The notes beneath the pieces are model-generated. The model saw only the letters and a program-made list of their open reading frames with translations. It had not been told where the DNA came from and ran no database searches. 64,000 bases of DNA from Centroscyllium fabricii (lineage: Eukaryota): NCBI GenBank assembly GCA_051313645.2, contig JBNRSN020000019.1, positions 120,094,001 through 120,158,000 on the forward strand, written 5' to 3'. Of this stretch, positions 1 to 10,798 are shown one piece after another. Both the position numbers and the translations under genes were made by a program. Position 1 is the stretch's first letter, and every line of letters begins with the position of its first letter.

Positions 1-269
1 AATAATGCTAAGATGAGTAGTTACCTTAACTATAGGCTTTTAATCACTTAAAGATGGAGCTAGTCTCCAGTCGAACATCGAGTACAGAATGAATGGGGGC
101 AGGGCAGACCTCACCTATAAGGCCCTCACCTGCGGGGAGGATTTAGAGGTGTGGCCGACCTGACCGTACAACAATGTTTTATACAATACTATATACAATA
201 CCTCCAGCCACTATACGTGCTTGTCTGTGGTGTGACCCAACTATATACAATGGTAATATGATTACCACA
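1..269 (-). mobile_element. Partial LTR (cut by window edge) related to the LTRs of the Gypsy element at 6226-11097
   Basis: Shares blocks with 6226-6499 (gagtagttacc, ggcttttaat, cagaatga, ctcacctataa, agaggtgtggc) and the ttaccaca terminus at 269. No PPT next to it; abuts CR1 ORF1 sequence. Confidence 0.8.
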
Positions 270-730
270 CCCTTACAATAGAGTCCCCTACCACTATTGC
301 TCTCCCACTCTTTTTCCTCTCATGCTGAACAGCAGAAATACCCCCGGTGCCAGGAAGTTGGCTGCTGCTGTCTTCCCCTAGAAAGTCATCCCCCCCCAAC
401 AGTATCCAAAACGGTATACTTGTTTGCAAGGGGTATGCCCACAGGGGTCCCCTGCTCTACCTGCCTACTTCTATCACTCCTCCGGATGGTCACCCATTTC
501 CCTTCTGCCTGTACACACTTAGCCTGCGGTGTGACCAGCTCACTATATGTGCTATCCACGAGCCTCTCAGCATCGCGTATGCTCCAAAACTCATCCACCC
601 TCAGCTCCAGCGCCTCAATGCGACTTGTCAGGTGCTGAAGGTGGATGCAATTCCCGCACACATGTTCGTCAGGGACCTCAGCAGTGTCCCTGACTTCCGA
701 CATGCAGCAGGAGGAGCATATCACTTGATC
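270..730 (-). mobile_element. CR1 LINE ORF1 fragment (zinc finger/leucine zipper, start of esterase)
   Basis: ORF 386..817 contains CSSC..HVCGNC..LTSRIEALELRV; followed by IVVGDSIVR-type sequence. Confidence 0.75.
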
Positions 731-2575
731 CTTTTCGCCTTCAGGAATATATCCAACTCCTTCTTGAATATATTTAATGAACTGGCCTCCATCGCCCTCT
801 GTGGCAGAGAATTCCACAGGTTCACCACTCTCTGGGTGAAGAAATTCCTCCTCATCTCAGTCCTAACTGGCTTACCCCTTCTCCTTAGACTGTGACCCCT
901 GGTTCTGGACTCCCCGGCCATCGGGAACATCCTTCCTGCATCTAGTCTGTCCAGGCCTGACAGAATCTTTTAGGTTTCGATGAGATCCCCTCTCAATCTT
1001 CTAAACTCTAGTGACTAAACTCCAGTGAGTATAAGCCCAACCGATACAATCTCTCCTCATACGTCATTCCTGCCATCCCAGGTACCAGCCTGGTGAATCT
1101 TCGCTGCACTCCTTCCATGGCAAGAACATCCTTCCTCAGATAAGGCGACCAAAACTGCACACAATACTCACGGTGTGGTCTCACCAAGGCCCTGCACAGC
1201 TGCAGCAAGACATCCTTGTTCCTGTACTCAAACCATCTTGCTACAAAGGCCAACATACCATTTGCCTTCTTCACCGCTTTCTGCACCTGCATGCTTACCT
1301 TCAGTGACTGGTGCACAAGAACACCTAGGTCTATTTTCACTTCCCCTTCCCCCAATCTTTTGCCATTCAAACAATAATCTGCCTTCCTGTTTTTGCCACC
1401 AAAGTGGATAACCTCACATTTATCCACATTATAGTGCATTTGCCATGTTTCTGCCCAATCACCCAACCTGTCCAAATCATACTGGAGTTTTGCGACATCC
1501 TCCTCACAGCACACACGCCCACGCAGCTTTGTGTCGTCTGCAAATTTGGAGATACTTCATCCAATTCCCTCGTCCAGATCATTAATATATATTGTGAACA
1601 GCTGGGGTCCTAGGACCGATCCTTGCGGTACCCCACTAGTCACTGCCTGCCTCTCGGAAAACGACCCATTTATTCCAACTCTTTACTTTCTATCTGCCAA
1701 CCAGTTCTCTATCCAAGTCAATACCATGCCCCCAATCCCATGTGCCTTAATTTTGCATGCTAATCGCTTATGCGGGACCTTATCGAAAGCCTTCTGAAAG
1801 TCCAAATACACCACATCCACCGGTTCTCCCTTATCTATTTTACCAGTTACATTCTCAAAAAATTCCAGTAGATTAGTCAAGCACGATTTACCTTTTGTAA
1901 ATCCATGTTGACTTTGTCCGATCCTGTCACTGCTTTCCAAGTGCTCTGCTATTACATCTTTTATAATGGACTCTAGCATTTTCCCCACTACCGATGTCAG
2001 GCTTACCGGTCTATAATTTCCCGCTTTTTCTCTACCACCTTATTTGAATAGTGGGGTAACATTAGCTACCCTCCAATTAATGGGTACTGTTCCAGAGTCT
2101 ATCGAGTTCTGGAAGATGACCAGCAATGCATCTACTATCTCCAGGGCCACTTCCTTAGGTACCCTAGGATGTAGATTATCAGGATCATGGGATTTATCGG
2201 CCTTCAATCCCATCAACTTCCCCAATACCATTTCCCTACAAATACTGATTTCTTTCAGTTCCTCCCTCTCATTAGTCCCTATGTTCCCCGACATCTCTGG
2301 GAGGTTATTTGTGTCCTCCTTTGTGAAGACAGAACCAAAGTATGCATTTAATTGGTCTGCCATTTCTTTGTTCCCCATTATAAATTCCGCTGATTCTGAC
2401 TGTAAGGGATCTACATTTGACTTCACCAATCTTTTTCTCTTCACATATGTATAAAAGCATTTACAGTCAGTTTTTATGTTGCCTGCAAGCTTACTTTCAT
2501 AATCTATTCTCCCCCTCTTAATTAATCCCTTTGTCCTCCTTTGCTGAATCCTAAACTGCTCATAATCCTCAGGTT
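731..2575 (-). mobile_element. CR1 LINE ORF2 (RT) fragment, degenerate
   Basis: ORFs with QHGFTKGKSCLTNLLEFF, YLDFQKAFDKVPH and YCVQFWSP motifs, broken by frameshifts. Confidence 0.9.
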
Positions 2576-2579
2576 TTGA

Positions 2580-4420
2580 CACTTTTGACTCGCAGCTTCC
2601 TAACTGAGCATCGGCCATGGCCAAGACCCAGCGGATTCCTAGCTAGTTCTCCAGCTTACTGACAATTACAAGTATTCATAAGCCCTCAATGTGAAATCCC
2701 TATATGCTAAATTACGCACGCCACAACTCCAACAGTTGCCATCAGATTTTTACTATAAAAGAAATAACGGACGACAACATTTCACCTAAGTGACTACCCT
2801 TGTGCTAATTTGTGCAGTATCTTTCTCTTACGCGTGCTCCTACGTAGTGGTTCCCCCGTGGCTTCTGTAGATGTGGAGAGCCCCTTTCTCACTTCCCTGC
2901 TGCTCCTGTCTTGACACCTTTGGTGGGCGTCCTCTGGGGTGTTGAGCCTGTGAGGGCTCGGCAGCAATTTGCTGCTCCTGCGGCTGTGCAGGGATTGGGA
3001 TGTCTATCTCGCTTGGGTGTGGACTCCGGTGGGGCTCTGACCGAGGGCTTGGCAGTGGCATGGAAGTGTGAGCATGTGGAGAGGAGCCCCCACTTCCTTG
3101 AGGTGTGCCACCAACCTCCCTCTCATGGGTCAGCTCCTGCAAGTGGCTGGAGAGCAAATTGCTGCACATCAGGGGAGCTATGGGGACCCGTATCTGCAAT
3201 GGCAGTCCTTCTCAGAAGGACTTCCATGAAGATCTGGTTTCGGTGTTCAATAGCTGCCCATCACTCCTCCAGAGATGTCAGTCGATTCTGAACACTCACC
3301 GTGTTTTCATCACTCCAGCAACTTACTGCCTCCATGGCTGTAGCCAGCCTTTGCACGGAGGTTGCCATCCTTTCCGTGGTGCTGCGTTCATGCGCCTGTG
3401 ACACCACAAAGGCTCTGCTCATGTTCGCTATGGACTCCTCCATTCGCTCCACACTCGCAGCAACCCTGGAGACAAAACCTGCCAGAGACTCCTGCACCTG
3501 TTCCTGGAGTTTCATCACCTCTGCTGTAGCAGATGGACCCAGAGGCAGAGGGTCGACATGCAGCTGAGCTGAGCTGGCAGAGTCCTGCGCCCTCCGACTA
3601 GGACTCTCCACTGCTGTCCCTGTCTCCACAATCTGCTGAGGCTCACTTGTGAGCTGTGATTTACCAGGTGACAACACTACACTATGTCCCGAAGGTCCCA
3701 CCGAGGTGTGAGTATCTGCGCTGGTGCTGGGTGCACTCTCAGAGGCTGCAGCTTCCTCTGAGGAGTCTTCAGCCTCAGCCGCTTCCTCCTCCACAGTGGG
3801 GACGGGGACTCTCGATGGTCCTGTGGGGGAGTAAAGGAAAGAGTTAGAGATGTGATGGCAAGGTTACATACACATTGCATCTTGCAGATGATCATAAGTT
3901 CATATGATGTAGATTCAGCATCATTATCTGCCACTATTGCGATGTCAAGAGATGGAAAACGATTCTGTCACCAGTTTGCGATGATACACCTGTCTCTCCA
4001 TCCCCACTGGCGCCGCTTCATCGCCCGCTATCTCCACTGCCGCTTCCTCCCAGGTGGTCAGGTGTGCGATGGCGGGTGGGCCTCCTCCTGTCACTGCTTG
4101 CTCCCGTCTATTGTGAGCTCTCTTTTCCTGCAATGAGGAGACAAGTGGAGGTTCAGTGAGAATGAAGGAGTGAGTGCAGAGAGTGCCAGGCATAGATAGT
4201 TGGAGGGATACAGAAAGATGCAGTGAGGTTGCAAGACCAAGGTCCCTCCCTGTGTGCTGTCAGTTGTGCTCCAAGCATCAGAGTGAGAGGGAGTGTGAGG
4301 GCTGCTCAGTGCAATAGTGAAAATGGCCCCGAGTGTCCTGCCATGGTTCCATCTGTAACATATTTAAACCGCTCTACTACAGTGCAATTGGGAGCCCAAT
4401 TTGAAACTAACCATTGCTGC
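2580..4420 (-). mobile_element. PIF/Harbinger remnant with degenerate Myb/SANT-like accessory gene (exons about 4127-3990 and 3820-2840)
   Basis: EKRAHNRRE..TGGGPP motif typical of Harbinger Myb/SANT proteins; AG/GT sites at 4128, 3989 and 3821; low-complexity/coiled-coil tail in ORFs 3261..3794 and 2840..3199; frame broken. Confidence 0.65.
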
Positions 4421-4815
4421 GTGGGTTTCCCAGGGGTCGGGAAACACCCCATTCCTCCCTGACCTCATTGGTCCCTGGGCCCTCAGTGTCTCAAATTTAA
4501 AATTCTCATCTTGTGTAAAATCTCTTTAGGGTCTCACCTCTCCCTTTCTTCCTGCACCAACCTGACAATCTCCGGAACATTCCATTCCTCCAACTTTGGC
4601 CTCTTCAGCATCCCCATCTTCCTTCACCCCACCATTGGTGGCCGTGTCTTCAGCTGCCTAGGGCCCTCCTCGTCCCTCTTTTCCATTAATAACCTGCTTA
4701 AAATTCATCTCTTTTCCCAGATTAGCTCTGTCCCCCTTTGTAAAAATGGGACTACATTGACCCTCTCTCCAGTCCTCTGGCTCCGATGCGCAATCAGTAG
4801 AGCCTGAAATATAAG

Positions 4816-4907
4816 GCCCGATTTTAACCTAAGCTGCTGGAGTGTAAACCGGGTGTCCCACACAAACTGGCCAAATTCCTGCTGGGCGGATTATTTGAAA
4901 ATCGGGC
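4816..4907. mobile_element. Tiny (about 92 bp) MITE-like insertion
   Basis: Terminal inverted repeat GCCCGATTTT / AAAATCGGGC. Confidence 0.4.
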
Positions 4908-6519
4908 TATAATTTCTGGGGCTGTGGCAATCTCCTCCCTTGGGATTCTAGGATTTCTCCCATTGGCTGCTGGCACTTTGTCTTCCTTTAGCTTAACTTT
5001 TAAAATGCTCCTTTTATTGTTCACTCCTCATCTCGCACTCAATCACTTCAGGATTCACCTTGGCTCCAATATATTACTAAAGACCAAATTACCAAAGTAT
5101 TTATTAAATACCTGCACCATTTTTAATCATCTACAAATTGACAATCCTCTCTACTGGAGTTCCACCTCACTTAGCAACTCTCTCTTAACTTGTCAAATAC
5201 CTTACAGTTCTTGTGATGTTTTTGAATTATTTTTCTCATACTCCCTCTCAGTTTCCCTTATCCCGCTCTTGAACTTTTATTATCTTTGTTTTTTTAATTA
5301 TTCGTATAGTCCTTTAAAATCAGACAATTAGGGACAGGCAATAAACGCTAGCTTTGCCAGTGATGCCCACATCCCAGGAACAAATTGAATCTTAAACCAG
5401 CGGAAAAGCTTGCGTAAAACACGAATGTGAATGGTTTTGGGCATAACTCACTTACATTTTAAAATTCCCCGATCTTTTGCACTGGTTCAGCTGATTCTGG
5501 CCGGATTGTGCTGATATCACTGGTGAAAACTCAACCCTTATACTTTTAAATTGAATCCATTGAGGGTAGAAAGTCAATGTAGGTCCATGCGGACTGGACT
5601 GATGGACAAGCAGGGTTTAGTGCGGCACAGGATACTGACAATATTTGCACAAGTTGGATTCATAGAAACATAGAAGATAGGAGCAGGAGTAGGCCATTCG
5701 GCCCTTCGAGCCTGCTCCGCCATTCAATGAGATCATGGATCAGTACCCCGTCCCCGCCCTTTCTCCGTAACCCCTAATCCCCTTAGCCCGAAGAAATATA
5801 TCCAATTCCCTCTTAAATATATTTAATGACCTGGCCTCCACTGCCCTCTGTGGCAAGGAATTCCACAGGCTCACCACTCTCGGGGTGAAGAAATTCTTCC
5901 TCATATCTGTCCTAAATTTCTGAATCTAACCTGTCCAGGCCTGTCAGAATTTTATATGTTTCGATGAGATCCCCTCTCAATCTTCTAAACTCCAGCGAGT
6001 ACAAGCCCAAACTACACAATCTCTCCTCGTAGGTCATTCCTGCCATTCCAGGTATCATCCTGGTGAATCGCCGCTGCACTCCTTCCATTCAATTCAATTC
6101 AAGTTTTATTGTCATTGCAGAGTACTAGTACAATACAACGAGACGAAGACTCGACTCTCCCGAGAGTAGTGCAAATAAATTACATGCAAATTGCATACAG
6201 TAAAGTACATTATCAGGCGTGCAGGTGACGTATCGTCAATTGGTCTTAATAAAAGACTGGACAAGTAGTTACCGTAACTAAAGGCTTTTAATAACTTACT
6301 TTGGAGCTACCCTCCGAAGGAACATCAGAACAGAATGAGGGAGCCCTGGTCAGTCCTCACCTATAAAGGCCTCACCTGGGGGAGGAGTTAGAGGTGTGGC
6401 TGACCTGGCTCCACGACAGTATTACAAAACAGTGTATCACACAAAGCCAATGTTGGCGACAATATTGCAGTGGTAATATATACAATATGGGTTACCACAT
6501 TCACCCCTTCTTGAAAATG

Positions 6520-7555
6520 TTAAGTCCGGCGGGGTGAATGGACAGAGCAGTTCAATATGAGCTTGTCCGGCGGTCGTGTCAGCCTGGAGGACCGCCGGAG
6601 CTCCGGTGACGGTTCCTCGTTTTCCATACTGCTCGAGTCCGGTGGTGGTGACAGCGGTTCTGGTGCCGTGATTTCAGATGCTGGTGGTCTCAAATGGTCC
6701 GAGCCATCGGAATGGTGGTCTTGGGCTGGCCACGGCTGGGGCTCTGGAAACCTCGGAGGCCATCGTAGACGTAGAGGGTGTTCTAGATACTGTGGCTGGG
6801 CGGGCTGCTGCCCGACCAGGGGCTCGGCTGCGGTGCTTTCTGCGGGCGCCAGGTCCATGATGGATACGGTGTCCTCGCGCCCGTCCGGGAACTGTACATA
6901 TGCATACTGCGGGTTCGCATGCAGGAGCTGCACCTTGTCCACCAGGGGGTCGGTCTTGTGGCCACGGACGTGTCTCCTAAGGAAGACCAGCCCCGGTGTC
7001 GTGAGCCATGGAGGAAGAGCTGTCCCCGAAGTCAACTTCCTGGGGAAGGAAAAAATCAAGTCATGAGGGGTGGCATTAGTGGCCGTACACAGGAGAGAGC
7101 GTATAGAATGCAGCGCGTCTGGGAGGACTGCCTGCCAATGGGCCACTGGAAGGCCTCTGGACTTCAGAGCCAGGGTGACTGCCTTCCAGATGATCCCATT
7201 CTCCCTTTCTACCTGGCCGTTCCCCCCGGGGGTTATAACTGGTCGCTCTGCTCGTGGCAACCCCTTTCTGGAGCAGAAACTGACGCAGTTCATCGCTCAT
7301 GAACGATGACCCCCGGTCGCTATGGATGTAGCTGGGGAGACCGAAAATGGCGAACAGCGTGGTGAAGTGTTTTATCACCGTTGCGCTCGTCGTATCTGCG
7401 CTGGGGAAGGCGAAGGGGAAGTGGGAGAACTCATCTACGACCATGAGGAAGTATGAGTTGCGGTCGGTGGTGGGGAGGGGGCCTTTGAAGTCCACGCTTA
7501 GACGTTCAAAGGGGCGGGTGGCCTTAATGAGGTGCACCGTGTCTGGCCGGAAACA
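6520..7555 (-). pseudogene. Integrase core and C-terminus of element A (frameshifted)
   Basis: SVDFKGP..VDEFS..HSDRG (7076..7537) continuing in another frame as GNGQVEREN (6520..7293). Confidence 0.88.
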
Positions 7556-10500
7556 TTAGGGTTTGCACTCGGCGCAAACAGGGCACTCTCGGGTCATAGC
7601 CTTGATCTCCGTGATGGAGTAGGGGAGGCTACGGGATCTAACGAAGTGGGCGAGTCTGGTGACACCCGGGTGGCAAAGGCGGTCGTGGAGGTCCTTCAGC
7701 CGGTCTAGCTGGGCACTGGCGCACGTTCCCCTGGACAGTGCGTCCGGGGGTTCATTGAGTTTACCTGGTCGGTAAAGAATGTCGTACTTGTAAGTCGAGA
7801 GTTCGATCCGCCACCGCAGGATCTTATCATTCTTGATCTTACCCTTCTGTTTATTATTAAACATAAACACCACCGACCGTTGGTCGGTGAGAAGGGTAAA
7901 ACGCTTACCGGCCAGGTAATGACGCCAGTAGCGCACGGCCTCCACGATGGCCTGGGCCTCCTTTTCCACTGCAGAGTGGCGAGTTTCGGGGACCTGTAGG
8001 GTGCGGGAGAAAAACGCTACGGGCCTGCCTGCCTGATTCAGGGTGGCAGCAAGGGCAAAGTCCGAAGCGTCGCTCTCCACCTGGAAGGGAATGGATTCAT
8101 CAACAGCGAGCATGGTCGCCTTGATGATGTCTTCCTTTATCCGGGCGAATGCCGTTTGGGCTTCTACCGAGAGGGGGAAGACGGCAGCCTTGAGGAGTGG
8201 TCTAGCCTTGTCCGCGAACTGTGGGACCCATTGTGCGTAGTAGGAGAAAAATCCTAGGCATCTCCTCAAGGCTTTGGGGTTGTGAGGTAGGGGCAGTTCT
8301 TGTAGGGGGCGCATACGCTGTGGGTCGGGGCCGAGGACCCCGTTCTCCACCACGTATCCGAGGATGGCGAGCCGGTCTGTATTGAAGACACATTTGTCCT
8401 TGTTATACGTAAGGTCCAGCTTATCCGCCGTGTCAAGGAATTTGGCCAGATTGGCATCGTGGTCCTGCTGGTCATGGCCGCAGATGGTCACGTTGTCCAG
8501 GTAAGGGAAGGTGGCCCGCAACTCGTTCTGGTCAACCATGCGGTCCATCTCCCGTTGGAACACTGACACTCCATTGGTCACGCCGAAGGGGACCCGGAGG
8601 AAGTGGTAGAGCCGACCGTTCGCCTCGAAGGCGGTGTACGGGCGGTCGGCTTTCCGGATCGGGAGTTGGTGATACGCCGACTTAAGGTCGATCGTGGAGA
8701 ACACCTTATATTGGGCGATCTGATTGACCATGTCCGAGATGCGGGGGAGGGGGTAGGCGTCGAGCCCGGTGTAGCGGTTGATAGTCTGGCTGTAATCGAT
8801 AACCAGCCGCTGTTTCTCGCCAGACTTCACCACTACTACCTGGGCCCGCCAGGGGCTGGTGCTGGCTTCAATTATCCCCTCCTTCAGCATACGCCCGACC
8901 TCCAACCTGATAAACGTGCTATCCCCCACACTGTACCGCCGACTCTTTGTAGCAATAGGTTTGCACTTGGGGTCGAGGTTGGTGAACAATGAGGGGGGGT
9001 CGATTTTCAGGGTGGAGAGGCCGCAGGCCGGGCTCCGCTTTGGGAAGGGACTGTCCCAGCTACTGACGGTGAGGGGAGGCAAGGTCCCGCCGAACTCCAT
9101 TGTCACGCTCTTGAGGTGGCCCTGGAAATCCAGACCTAGTAAGGCTGGGGCACACAACTGCTTGAGGGTGTACAATTTAAAATTACGGTACACGCACCCC
9201 TTGACTGTGAGTGTGACGGAGCAGTAGCCGGTGATGTCCGCGGTGTGGGACTGTGAAGCGAGGGAGACTTGGTAGTTCGTGGGCAGGATCTGCAGTCCGC
9301 AGCGCTGCACTGTATCGGGGTGCACAAAACTCTCTGTGCTTCCAGTGTCGAACAGGCAATCGGTAATATGGCCGTTAATTTTAATCGGCATTATCGAATT
9401 TGAAAGGTTGTGTGGCCTAGCCTGGTCCACTTTAGGTATGGCTGAGGCCGAAGTGTGCCTTTGTGTGTGGGGGCCCCCTGCTGGTTGCGGCTGTACACAA
9501 AATGGCGGCGCCCCTGGCTCGCACATGGTGGGGCCCTGGAGACAAAATGGCGGCACCCCTGGCTCGCACATGGTGGGGCCCTGGAGACAAAATGGCGGCA
9601 CCGAGGGGTCGCACATGGCGGGCCGCTGGAGACAAGATGGCGGCGCCGGGGGGTCGCACATGGTGGGCCGTTGGAGGCGAGATGGCGGCGCCCGTGGTTC
9701 GCACATGGCTGATCGCTGTGAGCGCACTGGTGGCGCCCGTGGTTCGCACGCAGCGGGCCGCGGTGCCTGGGTTGGCGGTGCCCGTGGTTCGCACGCAGCG
9801 AGCCACGGTAGTTGGGTTGGCAGTGCCCGTGATTCGCACGCAGCTGGCCGCGTTGGGTCTGCTGCTGGCATTGGGGGGTCGCGCTTGGCCGGCATTTGCC
9901 GCATCAGGGTGGGAGATGGGGGTGCTTTCTTTCTACCCCCGGACCGTCGCTGGATCGCGCTGCTATTGCAGCTTACCTGAGGTCTGACGGAGCTTTCACA
10001 GGCTGCGCTGTTGTACCTGGAGTTGGGCGCTGCTGGTGCTGATCTGCAGGCCTCTGCATAGTGTCCCTTTTTGGAGCACCTCTCACAGGTCGCGGTCCTT
10101 GCTGGGCATCTCGCTCGTAGGTGCAGTCCCTGGCCGCAGAAATAGCACCGTTTGTCCTTTGCGGCTGTCGCAGCCATCTTGGGGGTCTCGACCCGTTGTG
10201 ATGCTGCCCAGGCCTGGGCCCGTTGTGGCGCGGCCCACATGGCGCAGGCCTGTGGGTTTGTGCCGCTGTACGCCTGCAGCTTATTGCGTGCTCCGTCAAC
10301 GGAGTTCGCTATGGCGATCGCCTCCTCAAGAGTCAAAGAGTCCTTTTCGAGCAGCCGCTGGTGGGCTTCCACGCATCTCAGGCCGGTTACGTACGCGTCT
10401 CGGACGAGGAGATTCGCCTCCTCTTCTGCTGTCCGGGCTTGGCAGCCACAGACCCGTACCAGGGCCTGGAGCGCTTGCTCAAACTGTTCATCAGTCTCAC

Positions 10501-10798
10501 CCGGTAGTTGTGGTCTGGTCGCGAGCACATGTCTGGCGTAGACCGAATGGACCGGGCGCTCGTAGCATTTCCTCAGCTTTTCCACTGCCCCTGGGTAGGT
10601 TTTGGCGTCTCGGATGAGGGAGAATACTCGGCAGGAGATCCTAGAGCGGAGAACCTGCAACTTGTTCCCGTCGGTTGTAGCCTTGATGGCGTCCATGTAG
10701 GCCTCCAGGAGACCGAACCAGTGTTCGAACGTGGTGGCGGCGGCTGGGTCCTGTGGACTGATGTCCAGCTTTTCTGGCTTTACCGCACCGCTCTCCAT
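7556..10798 (-). CDS. Gag-Pol of element A: Gag (two CCHC knuckles), protease, RT, RNase H, integrase Zn finger; premature stop at 7556
   Basis: CYFCGQGLH..C and CERCSKKGHYAEAC; LFDTGS; YLDN; ESDASD..EKEA; H..H..CPVC in the 1080-aa ORF. Confidence 0.92.
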   Translation of the reverse strand: MESGAVKPEKLDISPQDPAAATTFEHWFGLLEAYMDAIKATTDGNKLQVLRSRISCRVFSLIRDAKTYPGAVEKLRKCYERPVHSVYARHVLATRPQLPGETDEQFEQALQALVRVCGCQARTAEEEANLLVRDAYVTGLRCVEAHQRLLEKDSLTLEEAIAIANSVDGARNKLQAYSGTNPQACAMWAAPQRAQAWAASQRVETPKMAATAAKDKRCYFCGQGLHLRARCPARTATCERCSKKGHYAEACRSAPAAPNSRYNSAACESSVRPQVSCNSSAIQRRSGGRKKAPPSPTLMRQMPAKRDPPMPAADPTRPAACESRALPTQLPWLAACEPRAPPTQAPRPAACEPRAPPVRSQRSAMCEPRAPPSRLQRPTMCDPPAPPSCLQRPAMCDPSVPPFCLQGPTMCEPGVPPFCLQGPTMCEPGAPPFCVQPQPAGGPHTQRHTSASAIPKVDQARPHNLSNSIMPIKINGHITDCLFDTGSTESFVHPDTVQRCGLQILPTNYQVSLASQSHTADITGYCSVTLTVKGCVYRNFKLYTLKQLCAPALLGLDFQGHLKSVTMEFGGTLPPLTVSSWDSPFPKRSPACGLSTLKIDPPSLFTNLDPKCKPIATKSRRYSVGDSTFIRLEVGRMLKEGIIEASTSPWRAQVVVVKSGEKQRLVIDYSQTINRYTGLDAYPLPRISDMVNQIAQYKVFSTIDLKSAYHQLPIRKADRPYTAFEANGRLYHFLRVPFGVTNGVSVFQREMDRMVDQNELRATFPYLDNVTICGHDQQDHDANLAKFLDTADKLDLTYNKDKCVFNTDRLAILGYVVENGVLGPDPQRMRPLQELPLPHNPKALRRCLGFFSYYAQWVPQFADKARPLLKAAVFPLSVEAQTAFARIKEDIIKATMLAVDESIPFQVESDASDFALAATLNQAGRPVAFFSRTLQVPETRHSAVEKEAQAIVEAVRYWRHYLAGKRFTLLTDQRSVVFMFNNKQKGKIKNDKILRWRIELSTYKYDILYRPGKLNEPPDALSRGTCASAQLDRLKDLHDRLCHPGVTRLAHFVRSRSLPYSITEIKAMTRECPVCAECKP
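9495..9850. repeat. 45-bp tandem repeat in the Gag-protease linker (15-aa units like MCEPGAPPFCLQGPT)
   Basis: About 8 degenerate units visible in DNA and protein; five carry AAAATGGCGGC/AGATGGCGGC. Confidence 0.85.

Noticed and set aside
9279-10617. Long antisense ORFs over gag/pol (also 37034-39111)
   Set aside because: Shadow ORFs of GC-rich coding sequence with no recognisable domains.
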